Of a stretch of DNA of 64,000 nucleotides, positions 53,276-62,475 are shown piece by piece. The position numbers and the translations under genes are program-made. Below the pieces are notes generated by a model. That model was not told the DNA's origin and did no database searches. It saw only the letters and a program-made list of their open reading frames with translations. Every line of letters starts with the position of its first letter. Positions within the stretch are counted from its first letter, which is position 1. The DNA is from Dehalococcoidia bacterium (GTDB lineage: Bacteria; Chloroflexota; Dehalococcoidia; GIF9; AB-539-J10): the NCBI GenBank assembly GCA_049678605.1, contig JBAUEM010000014.1:873-64872 (forward strand), read 5' to 3'.

Positions 53276-56200
53276 TTACGTTCCAAGGTAAATCCTCTTT
53301 ACCTGGGTTATGTCTCCCGCATCTACGAAGCTGTCCTGATTGGCATCGGCTCCAATAGTGGCAGGATCTATTCCAAAGTAAATCCTCTTTACCTTAGTGA
53401 TGTCTCCGGTATTCACCACATTGTCCTGATTGGCATCACCCAGCATCAGCGGGTCATCAGGTTCGTCTACTACCGCGAAGTCGAGGTTCCACTGACGGGT
53501 TATCGTGCCTTCCTCTTCGAAGAGCCACGCCGTCAGGCTAGCCCTAGTGGCGAGCTCGTCAGTGTAGACCAATACTGCGGCAACGGCATGGTGACATTCA
53601 TCATCAGGCCAGAATTTCTCCCACAAGGCCAGCTCCTCAGGACCGGGCTCCTTCATGAAACTTTCACCCATGGTTCTGTCGAGATTAGTAACACTTCCAT
53701 AGGTGCCAGCAAGGAAGCCATTCTCAACGTCAATATCGGGTAGACAAATGCTGACGCCCTCGTTCGTAATGTTCGGGATAATGGCCATCTGTGCACCATC
53801 AACTGTACCTAAATTCCACTCGACTCTCTCACCAACTACCGGGAAGCCATCTCGGTCGCAGGCCCAGATGAATGCCATCTTATAGTTGGTCAGTTCGGGG
53901 TTCAAGCAAGAGACGACGTCGTCTACCTGGAACACCATGCGAGTGTCAGGGGGATCGTTTGGCTCTGGGTCATTGCCCCTGATATCCTTGCCCCAGGTCC
54001 AGGTCTTTTCGACATCGTTGGAAACCACATACAGATGCTTGCGCAGGTAAGGGTAGTCAGCGATAGCCTTTACTGTGGTGTTACCTACTATCTCCCCTGT
54101 GGGAATGTCATAGCCACCAACGACCAGCCAGGCGCTGAGGTCAAGGTTCCAGTCACCGTTGAGCCAGACCATGGCCTCACCGTGGTTGTCGGAGTAGACC
54201 TCAACCTTGGTTGGGTGCTGCGGGTCATATGGAGTCACACCGGGTAGCTGGTTGATAATGTCCCAGAAGGGGTAAGGTCCGTAGGAATCAACCTCAAAAC
54301 CGTAGCTATCCCAGTCATAGCCGCCGTTGTTGATGAAGGGCGGGATAAACGGACTGCTGGCTATCATCTCCTCATAGAATGGGTTGGTGTAGACGATGCC
54401 TTCGGGTCCGGGATTGTTCAGGTCTCTCTCAACCCACTCGTAGTAGATGTCGCCCTTGTCAGCGTCTTTGAAGAATCCAACACCCTCGGTAATCTTGAAG
54501 ACTATCTTGGCTGGCGGCATGGGGCAGTCCCACCAGTTCAGCTTACCATTGCGGACAATTGTCTTGCGGTCAAGCTTATAATCGTGATCGATGGTTGGAC
54601 TGTAGGTATCCAGGGTGCTGTAAGGTCCGATAACCGGAGCCTGAGCTACCAGGGCACCAGGTATGTCAAGCCTCGTGGGACGTTCGTCGAGAGTCCACTC
54701 TAGGTAGTCACCCAGCTCCTCAGCATGGTCGAGATTGCTGTCAATCTCGCTCATGATGTTGTCATTGGGCTGACACATAATGTCATAATGCGGGCGTAGC
54801 TCCGCCCACTCAGCGCCAGCCAGGATTGGCCAGTCGTCGGGAAGAACCCAGCGTCCCTCGGGAAGTCTGGTCTCAGCAAAACCATCGCCATCGAGGTCAA
54901 CAAGTTTATCCTCTCTCCAGCTCAGGTTATCGCCCATAAACCAGCCCTTGACTCGAGTGCGGAGTAGGGCATCCTGGGATACGTTCAGTTCCTGCGACAG
55001 ATCATCAAGAGTAGGATCCCAGACAGGATCGCTAATCTCGTAGTACCATTGCACATCAGGACCTGGAGGACTTGGTATGGTGGTCCAGTCTGTAGTAACC
55101 ACCACGGTATCGGCGGTATTGCTCTCTATCTCCCGTATCTGTAGGTCACCTATGAAGGTGATGCTGCCATCATCTTCCTCTTCTCCCTTCCATACCTCGA
55201 TAGTCTTTCCTACAAACTCGTCTACCGCCCAGTTCGCAGTGGGGTCCCAAATGTCATTGGGGAAGGCATCATAGACCATACCACTGTCGAGTACAGGATC
55301 CCACAGTCCATCGTCGTGATAAGCTCTCTCGCCCTGCATGTTGCCCAGGGTGAGTTCCTCAAATTTGAGGAAGAACACCACAAAGCCGTGCTGGTTGATG
55401 AGTTGCCATGGCTCAAGTTCATCATACAAGGCGCATGCCACATCGCACTCGCCGGGCTTCTCGGAAAACACGATGCAGCGAGCAACACCATCCTCGTCAA
55501 CAGTAGTCCAGACAGTGTCCTGCATACCGGTAGCCGGCATCCAATTAGATTGTGGTACGACGGCCTCCAAGGTTCCAGGAGACTCATTCTCAAGGGTAAA
55601 GCATACGTCAAAGCCAGTATAGCTCGTGCCGAACTGCTTCTCCAGGACTATTTTCTCTCCGGCCCATCTTACCTGGGGAACCTTCTCAAGTTCCTGAGTC
55701 CAGAAGTTCCAACTGATGATCTCGGGGAAAACAGGCCACTCGTCGTAGTGAAGCCGGTCAGGATACTTGGCGACAACGACGATCTTCACCGCTTCCTCAC
55801 CGCAGGCAATCAGCTCTACTCCGGTTAGTCCGGTCATCATACCGTCTATATCTGCATCACCACTTTCGGTTTCTATGTACTTGGTGCTACAGTCTTCGGG
55901 ATTGCCATTCAAGAAACCGACAAGTCGTGAGGGGTATGCGGCCTGCATGTCATCGATAAGAGTAACCAGCCCAGGCTGCAACCCCAACATGGGGTCCATC
56001 CAGTCACCAGCAGGAATGCCGCTGGGCAGGTCGTGTACCGGAGCTCGGGCATCCATCACCCACCATTCAACATCGGCACCGTCGGCAAAAGAGAGAAACT
56101 CCTCTCCACCATCGGTTATGAAGTTGCCGATAATCAAATCGTACAAATAGGCTTCGCCTTCCCACTTCTTCAGATTCTCGTTCCACCAGACTTGGGTTTC

Positions 56201-56881
56201 GCCCGAGTCATAAATCTCTTCTTCGGTGTACGAATCCCACGCGAAGAGCCAGGTGTCAAAGATCTTGCCCCACTTCTTTATGGCCATGAGGGTGGTGGCG
56301 GGGTAATCCGTGAAAGCCTCAGTATCGGCATAGATTACCAGCTCGCCCCAGCCGCTGCCGTGTACTGTGACGCAATTGTCAAAAGGGTCGCCGCCGGATA
56401 CTATGCTCCAGGCGCCATTAAGGTAAAAACTGGACTCAAAGCGCCACTGCATGACGTGACCCATATAGAGATCAGGAACACAGAATGTGGCCTCAGTGCC
56501 AATGATATTGTACTCCTGCTGGGGTATCAGGCCCACGCCTATCAGAATCTCAAACTCGGCGTCCTGATCCAGGCCTCCCCACCACCCGGTAGCTGATATG
56601 ACATGCATTCCCGCAGAAAGGGCAGGGAACGTCGTGGTCAATTCGAACGGAGCTGTATTGTCAGTGCTGTCATAAGTCCCGTCTATATACCAGTCAACGC
56701 TATCAGCCGTCGGATTGGTCGCGGCCTCGAAGGTCACAGTCTCGCCTTCCTTGGCATAGGGGGGACCAGCGATGACGATATCGGCATGTCCCGCCAGGAC
56801 TGTCAGCGGCATCAGGCCGACAACGAGTGCTAAAGCAAAGATAAGATATAACGCTTTAGCGTGCCATTTAGGTTTTTTCAT
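53276..56881 (-). CDS. 1201-aa secreted dockerin protein of unknown function
   Basis: GGAGGAAATAA RBS and a signal peptide (ALYLIFALALVVGLMPLTVLA). About 1100 aa have no motif I can place. The dockerin at 53279-53443 reads GDANQDNVVNTGDITKVKRIYFGIDPATIGADANQDSFVDAGDITQVKRIYLGT. Confidence 0.85.
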   Translation of the reverse strand: MKKPKWHAKALYLIFALALVVGLMPLTVLAGHADIVIAGPPYAKEGETVTFEAATNPTADSVDWYIDGTYDSTDNTAPFELTTTFPALSAGMHVISATGWWGGLDQDAEFEILIGVGLIPQQEYNIIGTEATFCVPDLYMGHVMQWRFESSFYLNGAWSIVSGGDPFDNCVTVHGSGWGELVIYADTEAFTDYPATTLMAIKKWGKIFDTWLFAWDSYTEEEIYDSGETQVWWNENLKKWEGEAYLYDLIIGNFITDGGEEFLSFADGADVEWWVMDARAPVHDLPSGIPAGDWMDPMLGLQPGLVTLIDDMQAAYPSRLVGFLNGNPEDCSTKYIETESGDADIDGMMTGLTGVELIACGEEAVKIVVVAKYPDRLHYDEWPVFPEIISWNFWTQELEKVPQVRWAGEKIVLEKQFGTSYTGFDVCFTLENESPGTLEAVVPQSNWMPATGMQDTVWTTVDEDGVARCIVFSEKPGECDVACALYDELEPWQLINQHGFVVFFLKFEELTLGNMQGERAYHDDGLWDPVLDSGMVYDAFPNDIWDPTANWAVDEFVGKTIEVWKGEEEDDGSITFIGDLQIREIESNTADTVVVTTDWTTIPSPPGPDVQWYYEISDPVWDPTLDDLSQELNVSQDALLRTRVKGWFMGDNLSWREDKLVDLDGDGFAETRLPEGRWVLPDDWPILAGAEWAELRPHYDIMCQPNDNIMSEIDSNLDHAEELGDYLEWTLDERPTRLDIPGALVAQAPVIGPYSTLDTYSPTIDHDYKLDRKTIVRNGKLNWWDCPMPPAKIVFKITEGVGFFKDADKGDIYYEWVERDLNNPGPEGIVYTNPFYEEMIASSPFIPPFINNGGYDWDSYGFEVDSYGPYPFWDIINQLPGVTPYDPQHPTKVEVYSDNHGEAMVWLNGDWNLDLSAWLVVGGYDIPTGEIVGNTTVKAIADYPYLRKHLYVVSNDVEKTWTWGKDIRGNDPEPNDPPDTRMVFQVDDVVSCLNPELTNYKMAFIWACDRDGFPVVGERVEWNLGTVDGAQMAIIPNITNEGVSICLPDIDVENGFLAGTYGSVTNLDRTMGESFMKEPGPEELALWEKFWPDDECHHAVAAVLVYTDELATRASLTAWLFEEEGTITRQWNLDFAVVDEPDDPLMLGDANQDNVVNTGDITKVKRIYFGIDPATIGADANQDSFVDAGDITQVKRIYLGT

Positions 56882-57252
56882 TTATTTCCTCCTTTTAGTC
56901 TTTTAATTGTTCTCTCTAGTCTGAAGTCGACCACTTCATCCTAGAGCGCTTCAGGTATTATTGGCAAGACTTTGTTTGCCAGCCTGCTTGTCTCAGGCTG
57001 CCCCTTCGCCAGGTATCAACCTGAGCGTTTTATCCATTTGCGCCTGGGGCCGGGCTTTTTCCCCTCCAGAGTCCTTGGAGAGTGCTCAGGAGTTCCAGAC
57101 CCTTTTGGGACTTTGCAATAGCAGTACCTCCTTTCCAGCTCGGAAATCATAGCATTTTCTGGGCTGCCTTTTTTCACATTCGGGCTATATTCAGTTGTTA
57201 ATGTTCACTTTGGCTATAAACTTGACAAGTCGTTGCTAGCTACAACATTCTA

Positions 57253-57281
57253 AGTATAACTAGGCATCTTCTTTTTGTCAA
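57253..57281 (-). promoter_or_regulatory. Candidate promoter P2 of the cohesin-dockerin cluster
   Basis: The minus strand reads cctaTTGACA-17 nt-TATACT, about 365 nt upstream of the ATG at 56881. Confidence 0.5.
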
Positions 57282-57370
57282 TAGGTTGCTTCAGTCGCCA
57301 TTTATTTGGCATGCTTACCTTTGTATTTCTATTTGTCACCCCCACGGTGCGGCTAAGCAACTCGCCTCCC

Positions 57371-57400
57371 GTTATATCATCCTTCGTTGAGTATTGTCAA
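57371..57400 (-). promoter_or_regulatory. Candidate promoter P1 (tandem, same cctaTTGACA box)
   Basis: The minus strand reads cctaTTGACA-18 nt-TATAAC. Confidence 0.4.
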
Positions 57401-57753
57401 TAGGCAGGAAAAAAATTCAATTTCTTGCCAGGCTCAGCACCATTTCTGGGGAGCTCAGGCAGCTTTGGGCCACCTGTTACCTTCTGCTTAGTCCCGCAGG
57501 GATAAGCCAAGACAGCGGAGACAAAAATGGCCATGGCAATAATGCCAATGCGCCCGCTAACAATGCTCGTAGAGAACTCGGGAGATGAGACTAAATTACC
57601 ATCCACCTGGACTGAGGCGCCGAAAAGCAACTACATTGACATTATGCCCCGGGCCAGGCATTCTGCTCTTCCCCTCGCGAATCCTTGGGTAACCCCACTT
57701 TTAATTCGTAGTTGCCTCATTCATCAAGCCCGGCTACCCAATAAATTGAGCAA

Positions 57754-58239
57754 CTACGCTTTTTGAACAGCCTCAGTCTCAAACAGATTTTCCGGGCTCT
57801 CTAGATGGTCAATATATAGAATGCCATCGAGATGCTCAATTTCCTGCTCAAGAGCCTGAGCCAGAAGCCCTTGTGCTTTGAGGCGAAATTCCTTACCGTA
57901 TCGGTCTCGCGCTTTGACTTTCACTGTTACCGCTCTTTTTATTTCCCCAAGGTAGCCAGGTATGGATAAGCAGCCTTCCTGAACTATTCGCTCACCTTCC
58001 TTTTTTACTATTTCAGGGTTAATCATGGTGATCAGTTCCTGTTCTGGCACCTCGATGACTGCTATGCGGAGCAACACTCCTACCTGCGGGGCAGCGAGGC
58101 CGGCTCTGTTTGGGTCAGCGCGTAACGTATCAATCATGGCATCGATTAACTTTTGAATTGAGTCATCGATTTTGGTTACTCTTTTGGCCTTTTGCCGCAA
58201 CACAGGGTCGGGCAAGGTGCGAATCTGTAAAACTGCCAT
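57754..58239 (-). CDS. def: Peptide deformylase
   Basis: [16 protein letters not shown] and QEIEHLDG metal-binding motifs. Confidence 0.95.
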   Translation of the reverse strand: MAVLQIRTLPDPVLRQKAKRVTKIDDSIQKLIDAMIDTLRADPNRAGLAAPQVGVLLRIAVIEVPEQELITMINPEIVKKEGERIVQEGCLSIPGYLGEIKRAVTVKVKARDRYGKEFRLKAQGLLAQALEQEIEHLDGILYIDHLESPENLFETEAVQKA

Positions 58240-58407
58240 GTCTTCCTCTGAAAACGCGCCTGGATTTTTATCCCATACTAATTATAACCTGCTTGCTGGC
58301 GAAAATCACCTTAAATATTCGAGATTGAGGAGCCTGTTCCGAGCGTGAGCGAGGAATCTCGTTGAGATTGCTTCGTCGCTTCGCTCCTCGCAATGACGGG
58401 ATAGAGG

Positions 58408-58462
58408 TGTCGTTCTGAGCCGAAGGCGAAGAATCTAGTAATGCTCAGGGCAAGCTCTGCGT
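58408..58462 (+). repeat. Intergenic repeat family 1 copy
   Basis: tgtcgttctgagccgaaggcgaagaatctagtaatgctcaggg, preceded by a gagattgcttcg...cgcaatgac unit at 58355-58400. Confidence 0.75.
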
Positions 58463-58484
58463 CATTGGGTGGTTGTTAGACGCC

Positions 58485-59183
58485 TCATATTTTGCCAAAA
58501 CGGCGCTGGCGGCGTTTATATTCAGAAAGCGCTTCCTCAACGTCTTTAAGACCAAAATCAGGCCATAACACTGGAGTGAAGTAAAGTTCACTATAGGCAG
58601 CCTGCCAGAGGAGAAAGTTGCTCAGGCGGCTCTCACCGCCAGTGCGTATGACCAGGTCAGGGTTGGGAATGTCAGTGCTATATAGATACCGGACAAACAC
58701 AGACTCATCTATATGGTCACCAGGAATATCAGAGTCAGCGATGCGTCTGGCTGCCTGGACAATTTCATCACGTCCCCCATAATCGAAGGCGAGGCAAAGT
58801 GTAAGACCGGTATTATTTTTGGTGAGTTCCACTGCTGCCTTCACCTTTTCCCGTAGTTTCTGAAACAGCCTGTCCAGCCTGCCCAGGTGTAGCAGTCGGA
58901 TGTTTTCTTGGTGAAAAGCCTGAGTTTCCTGGTCAATCTTCCTTGCCAGAAGACTGAGTAAGCCTGCAACCTCTATCCTCGGCCGGTTCCAGTTCTCGGT
59001 GGAGAACATATAAAGGGTCAGGTATTTTACTCCATAATTGGCAAAAATCTTTACCACCGGGCGAATATTCCCGCTGCCAGCATTGTGTCCGGCAAACCGG
59101 GGTAAATGGCGCTTCTTTGCCCATCGGCCATTGCCATCCATGATAATGGCGACATGCTGGGGAGGATAATTTGTTTGAATCAT
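58485..59183 (-). CDS. uppS: Isoprenyl transferase (undecaprenyl-diphosphate synthase family)
   Basis: HVAIIMDGNGRWAKKR and RTGGESRLSNFLLWQAAYSELYF motifs. Confidence 0.93.
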   Translation of the reverse strand: MIQTNYPPQHVAIIMDGNGRWAKKRHLPRFAGHNAGSGNIRPVVKIFANYGVKYLTLYMFSTENWNRPRIEVAGLLSLLARKIDQETQAFHQENIRLLHLGRLDRLFQKLREKVKAAVELTKNNTGLTLCLAFDYGGRDEIVQAARRIADSDIPGDHIDESVFVRYLYSTDIPNPDLVIRTGGESRLSNFLLWQAAYSELYFTPVLWPDFGLKDVEEALSEYKRRQRRFGKI

Positions 59184-60373
59184 AAACTAGCCTCACGAGA
59201 AAGGAGATGCCTGATTTTCAGCAAGGGATAGGCGGAGCTACGTCTCAGGACAGCCAGAATTAACCTGCTGTGCCAATCGAAGGAAAAATCGCTGGAGTTG
59301 AGCAAAGCCTCAGCCCTGCCACCAGAATCCAACATGTTGAATATTCCCTCGATTTGGCGGTCGCTTAGTTTGGCATAAGCCCATCTAGCCCAGTAGCCAC
59401 GGGAGAGTTCCTTGCCCATTTTTGCCTTCCACTGCTTTTGATAGCGCGAAAGCTGGCCAGCGGTTAAATTATCACTGCTGAGAGCCTCATCAAGCACCTC
59501 GGCAGCTATATGGGCACCAAGATGCCCAAAGTATATTCCTCCGCCGGTAGTTGGCTTGACCTGCCCGGCAGCATCCCCGATAACCAGTACCCTGTCTCCG
59601 TAGCTGCGAGCTAAAGTTCCTACGGGGATAGCCTTTTGCTCGATTTCCACCTCCCGACTTGTTATTCTACCCTGGCAGGAGAGATTGTTGAGGAATTTTT
59701 GCAGATGTAGCTTAGCCTGAGATGTTGCTAAAAGGCCAACGTATGCTTTATTTGTTGAAGTGGGCACGAGCCAGGCAAACAAACCTGGTGCTATTTCCTG
59801 ACCAAAGTATACTTCGAGTTCATCAACGTTTTTCGCTTCAATTTCGGCCTGAGCACCGACGAGGAAGTTCTTGATTTTGCCCAGACCCAGCTTTCGAGGC
59901 AGCTTGGGCCTGAATCCGTTAGCCAGTATCACAGCTCTAGCACTGAATATCTCCCTGGCTCCGGAGCACAAAGTTTCCGCTTGTATACTATCCCTCCCAG
60001 GAATAATGTCAATGACCGGGGAAGAGAAGAAATATTGTGCCCCCTGGGATTGGGCTTTAGAGGCTAGCGCTTTATCAAGTAAAAGCCGATTGACAACGTA
60101 AGCCTGAACATTTTCAGTTTGCACTCTTAAGCATCTTCCTGAAGGGGAGAAAAACTTGGCCGAGTTTACCCTGGTTAATATCCCATCTGTGCCGGGGTTC
60201 AAGGACTGGAAACATTCGGTACTGATTATTCCTGTGCAACAGACATTGAGTCTCGACGCACTTTTTTCTTCAAAAACAGCGACATCATGACCTGATGAGG
60301 CTAGTTCATAAGCTATGTAGCTGCCGGCTGGCCCCGCCCCTACTATGATGACATCGTAAAATTGGTCCGACAA
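59180..60373 (-). CDS. Geranylgeranyl-reductase-family FAD-dependent oxidoreductase
   Basis: YDVIIVGAGPAGS dinucleotide motif and VLVIGDAAGQVKPTTGGGI motif. TTG start; 4-nt overlap with uppS. Confidence 0.75.
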   Translation of the reverse strand: MSDQFYDVIIVGAGPAGSYIAYELASSGHDVAVFEEKSASRLNVCCTGIISTECFQSLNPGTDGILTRVNSAKFFSPSGRCLRVQTENVQAYVVNRLLLDKALASKAQSQGAQYFFSSPVIDIIPGRDSIQAETLCSGAREIFSARAVILANGFRPKLPRKLGLGKIKNFLVGAQAEIEAKNVDELEVYFGQEIAPGLFAWLVPTSTNKAYVGLLATSQAKLHLQKFLNNLSCQGRITSREVEIEQKAIPVGTLARSYGDRVLVIGDAAGQVKPTTGGGIYFGHLGAHIAAEVLDEALSSDNLTAGQLSRYQKQWKAKMGKELSRGYWARWAYAKLSDRQIEGIFNMLDSGGRAEALLNSSDFSFDWHSRLILAVLRRSSAYPLLKIRHLLSREASL

Positions 60374-60614
60374 TTTTCTGCCACCTTTTTAGATTTCTAC
60401 TACATTATTATATAACATATCGTTCGGTCATACCTGTTTGTCGATTTGACACGTACCTTACCGTGTACCGAGGTAGAGCACATTAATGACAGCGGTGGCT
60501 GAGGTGTTTTACCTGTGGGTTGAAACGGGGAGCATGTTTCGTCCTACCGGGATTATTGCGGACAATGCAGAGCTGCTCTACACCAGCTAGCATAAGTAAG
60601 GTGAACTGCTCTCA

Positions 60615-61205
60615 TCATATGGTCTTTCCCTTCTCACCGCCCTGACGTTTGGCTTCAGGAGTGGAGAGCTGAGCGTACTCGACCAGCCGTTCCATTAAAT
60701 TGTCATGGCTCTTGGCCTCATCTCTAAGCATTCCCTCTATATCCGCTCCGGGATTGAGATACTCAAGTGTCTTGTAGTTTATCATCTTGAGCAGACTGAT
60801 AAGGGTACGCCTGTCCTCATATGATAGTGGCGACAGGCTTTCTCGGATAAACTCCCAGCCTGCCAGGGTTGCCGGTTTAAGGGCGTCCTTCCCCTTGTCG
60901 CTGATAGTCAGATGTACTACCCTGCGGTCCTTCGTGTCTCTTGCCCTTTTGATCAGACCAGCCCTGACCATGCGGTCGGCTAGCATACTGATGCTGTTCG
61001 GGCTACGTTGTAACCACTGGGCTACTTCACTTGGCTTTGCACTACCACCGAGGTATTGTATAGTCACAAGCACTGCATACCGCTCCGAATTAAGCTTGTG
61101 TTCACCAAATACTTTGTCCTCACATATCTTAAGCAGGGCGTCGGCTCGGTGTATCATGAGCCACGTGGTCAAAATTAGGTTTTCGGCTTCGAACTTTACC
61201 GCCAT
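60615..61205 (-). CDS. MarR-family transcriptional regulator (paralog 1, with extended basic C-terminal tail)
   Basis: Winged-helix core ERYAVLVTIQYLGGSAKPSEVAQWLQRSPNSISMLADRMVRAGLIKRARDTKDRRVVHLTISDKG. Confidence 0.85.
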   Translation of the reverse strand: MAVKFEAENLILTTWLMIHRADALLKICEDKVFGEHKLNSERYAVLVTIQYLGGSAKPSEVAQWLQRSPNSISMLADRMVRAGLIKRARDTKDRRVVHLTISDKGKDALKPATLAGWEFIRESLSPLSYEDRRTLISLLKMINYKTLEYLNPGADIEGMLRDEAKSHDNLMERLVEYAQLSTPEAKRQGGEKGKTI

Positions 61206-61257
61206 ATTTAACCTCTCCTGATTATTTCATGGAAACTTTGCTCGTTTGGTCCGCTTC

Positions 61258-61287
61258 TATTATAACAACTGCTGTTTGTTACAACAA
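61258..61287 (-). promoter_or_regulatory. marR paralog 1 promoter with overlapping palindromic operator
   Basis: The minus strand reads TTGTTG-17 nt-TATAAT. The palindrome TTTGTT-ac-AACAAA at 61274-61287 overlaps the -35. Confidence 0.45.
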
Positions 61288-61374
61288 ATCAACATGGCTC
61301 AACCTGCCGGGATTATTGTGGACCCTGAGGAGCTGCTCTACACCAGCTAGCATAAGTTGACTTAACTGACCTCG

Positions 61375-61977
61375 TCATTCGGTCTTTTTCTTGGTCTTTC
61401 TCTTCTCACCACCCTGACGTTTAGCTTGGGGAATGGAGGGCAACCCGTACTTGCTCAGCCATTCCTTTACATTGGCCGCTTGCTTGGACTCATCTCTCTT
61501 CCTTTTTTCCACATCCATTCCAGGATTGAGACATTCCAGTATCTCGTATTTTAGTGTCCCGAGCAGACTGAGAAGAGTACTCCTCTCCTCATGTGATAGT
61601 GGTGACATGTGTTTCCGCATAACCTCAAACATTGCTCGACTTGCTGGTTTAAGGGCGTTCTCCCCCTTGCTGGTGTTAACCACGCGTACTACCCTGCGGT
61701 CACCCTTGTCTCTTATCCTTCTGACCAGACCAGCTTTGACCATGCGGTCGATTATCATACTGATGCTGTTTGTGCTACGTTCCAACCACCGGGCTATGTC
61801 AGTTACATTTGTAGGACCAACGAAGTAATCTACAGTCCCAAGCACTGCGAACTGCTCAGTAGTAAGCCCATATTCCTCAAGTATTTTGTCCTCACACTGC
61901 TTAAGCAGGGTGTAGGTTTGGTAAATCTGGCGCCACAATCTCAAAACTAGAATTTCAGATTCAAGATTTGTCTTCAT
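61375..61977 (-). CDS. MarR-family transcriptional regulator (paralog 2)
   Basis: Same architecture as paralog 1 (EQFAVLGTVDYFVGPTNVTDIARWLERSTNSISMIIDRMVKAGLVRRIRDKGDRRVV). It is part of a ~766-bp tandem duplication. Confidence 0.85.
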   Translation of the reverse strand: MKTNLESEILVLRLWRQIYQTYTLLKQCEDKILEEYGLTTEQFAVLGTVDYFVGPTNVTDIARWLERSTNSISMIIDRMVKAGLVRRIRDKGDRRVVRVVNTSKGENALKPASRAMFEVMRKHMSPLSHEERSTLLSLLGTLKYEILECLNPGMDVEKRKRDESKQAANVKEWLSKYGLPSIPQAKRQGGEKRKTKKKTE

Positions 61978-62031
61978 ATTTAGCTCCTCCTGATCATTTC
62001 AATGGGACCTTTGCTCGTTTGGTCCGCTTTT

Positions 62032-62067
62032 ATTATAACAACTTCTGTTTGTTTACAACAAATCAAC
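62032..62067 (-). promoter_or_regulatory. marR paralog 2 promoter and degenerate operator
   Basis: TATAAT on the minus strand at 62037-62032. A TTTGTTT-ac-AACAAA imperfect palindrome is in the same relative position as in paralog 1. Confidence 0.4.
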
Positions 62068-62340
62068 ATGACTTAATAATAACTTTCTCCAATTCGTGCA
62101 GTCCCACATTGCCACTCGCGTTGCCCACATGGACGTTGTGCCACAATGAGAGCGACTGGGATGCGTTCTGGTCAAGGTAAGCAAACCAGGGGGTAAATTT
62201 TCCCCCAACAAATCGATACAACCGTGCCGAATAGGTGCTTGCCACTTCGGAGTTCTTCACTCCGTCGGGGCGACCTAGAGAGGTGGCGACGGAAGCTTTC
62301 CCCGCTCCCGCCGCCTATATAAACAGAAAGGAGGTAAGTG

Positions 62341-62475
62341 ATGAAAAAATTGGTTGATCTTCCACTGGGCGATAGCCTCGTTCGCATTTTATCAAATCGT
62401 CTACGCTATATTAGCTTAAGAATAGCGCTGTTACAAAAAAATGTCAATAGCCTAAATCATCTAAAACCTAAGTGA
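62341..62475 (+). CDS. Candidate 44-aa small ORF (below the ORF-track cutoff)
   Basis: Strong RBS AAAGGAGGTAAGTG lies directly before the ATG at 62341. Product is MKKLVDLPLGDSLVRILSNRLRYISLRIALLQKNVNSLNHLKPK. No family recognised. Confidence 0.3.
   Translation: MKKLVDLPLGDSLVRILSNRLRYISLRIALLQKNVNSLNHLKPK

Noticed and set aside
57397-57630. 77-aa minus-strand ORF upstream of the cluster promoters.
   Set aside because: It has an alternative (TTG) start directly after a stop, no RBS and no recognisable motif. It may be non-coding spacer and is kept only as a remote possibility.
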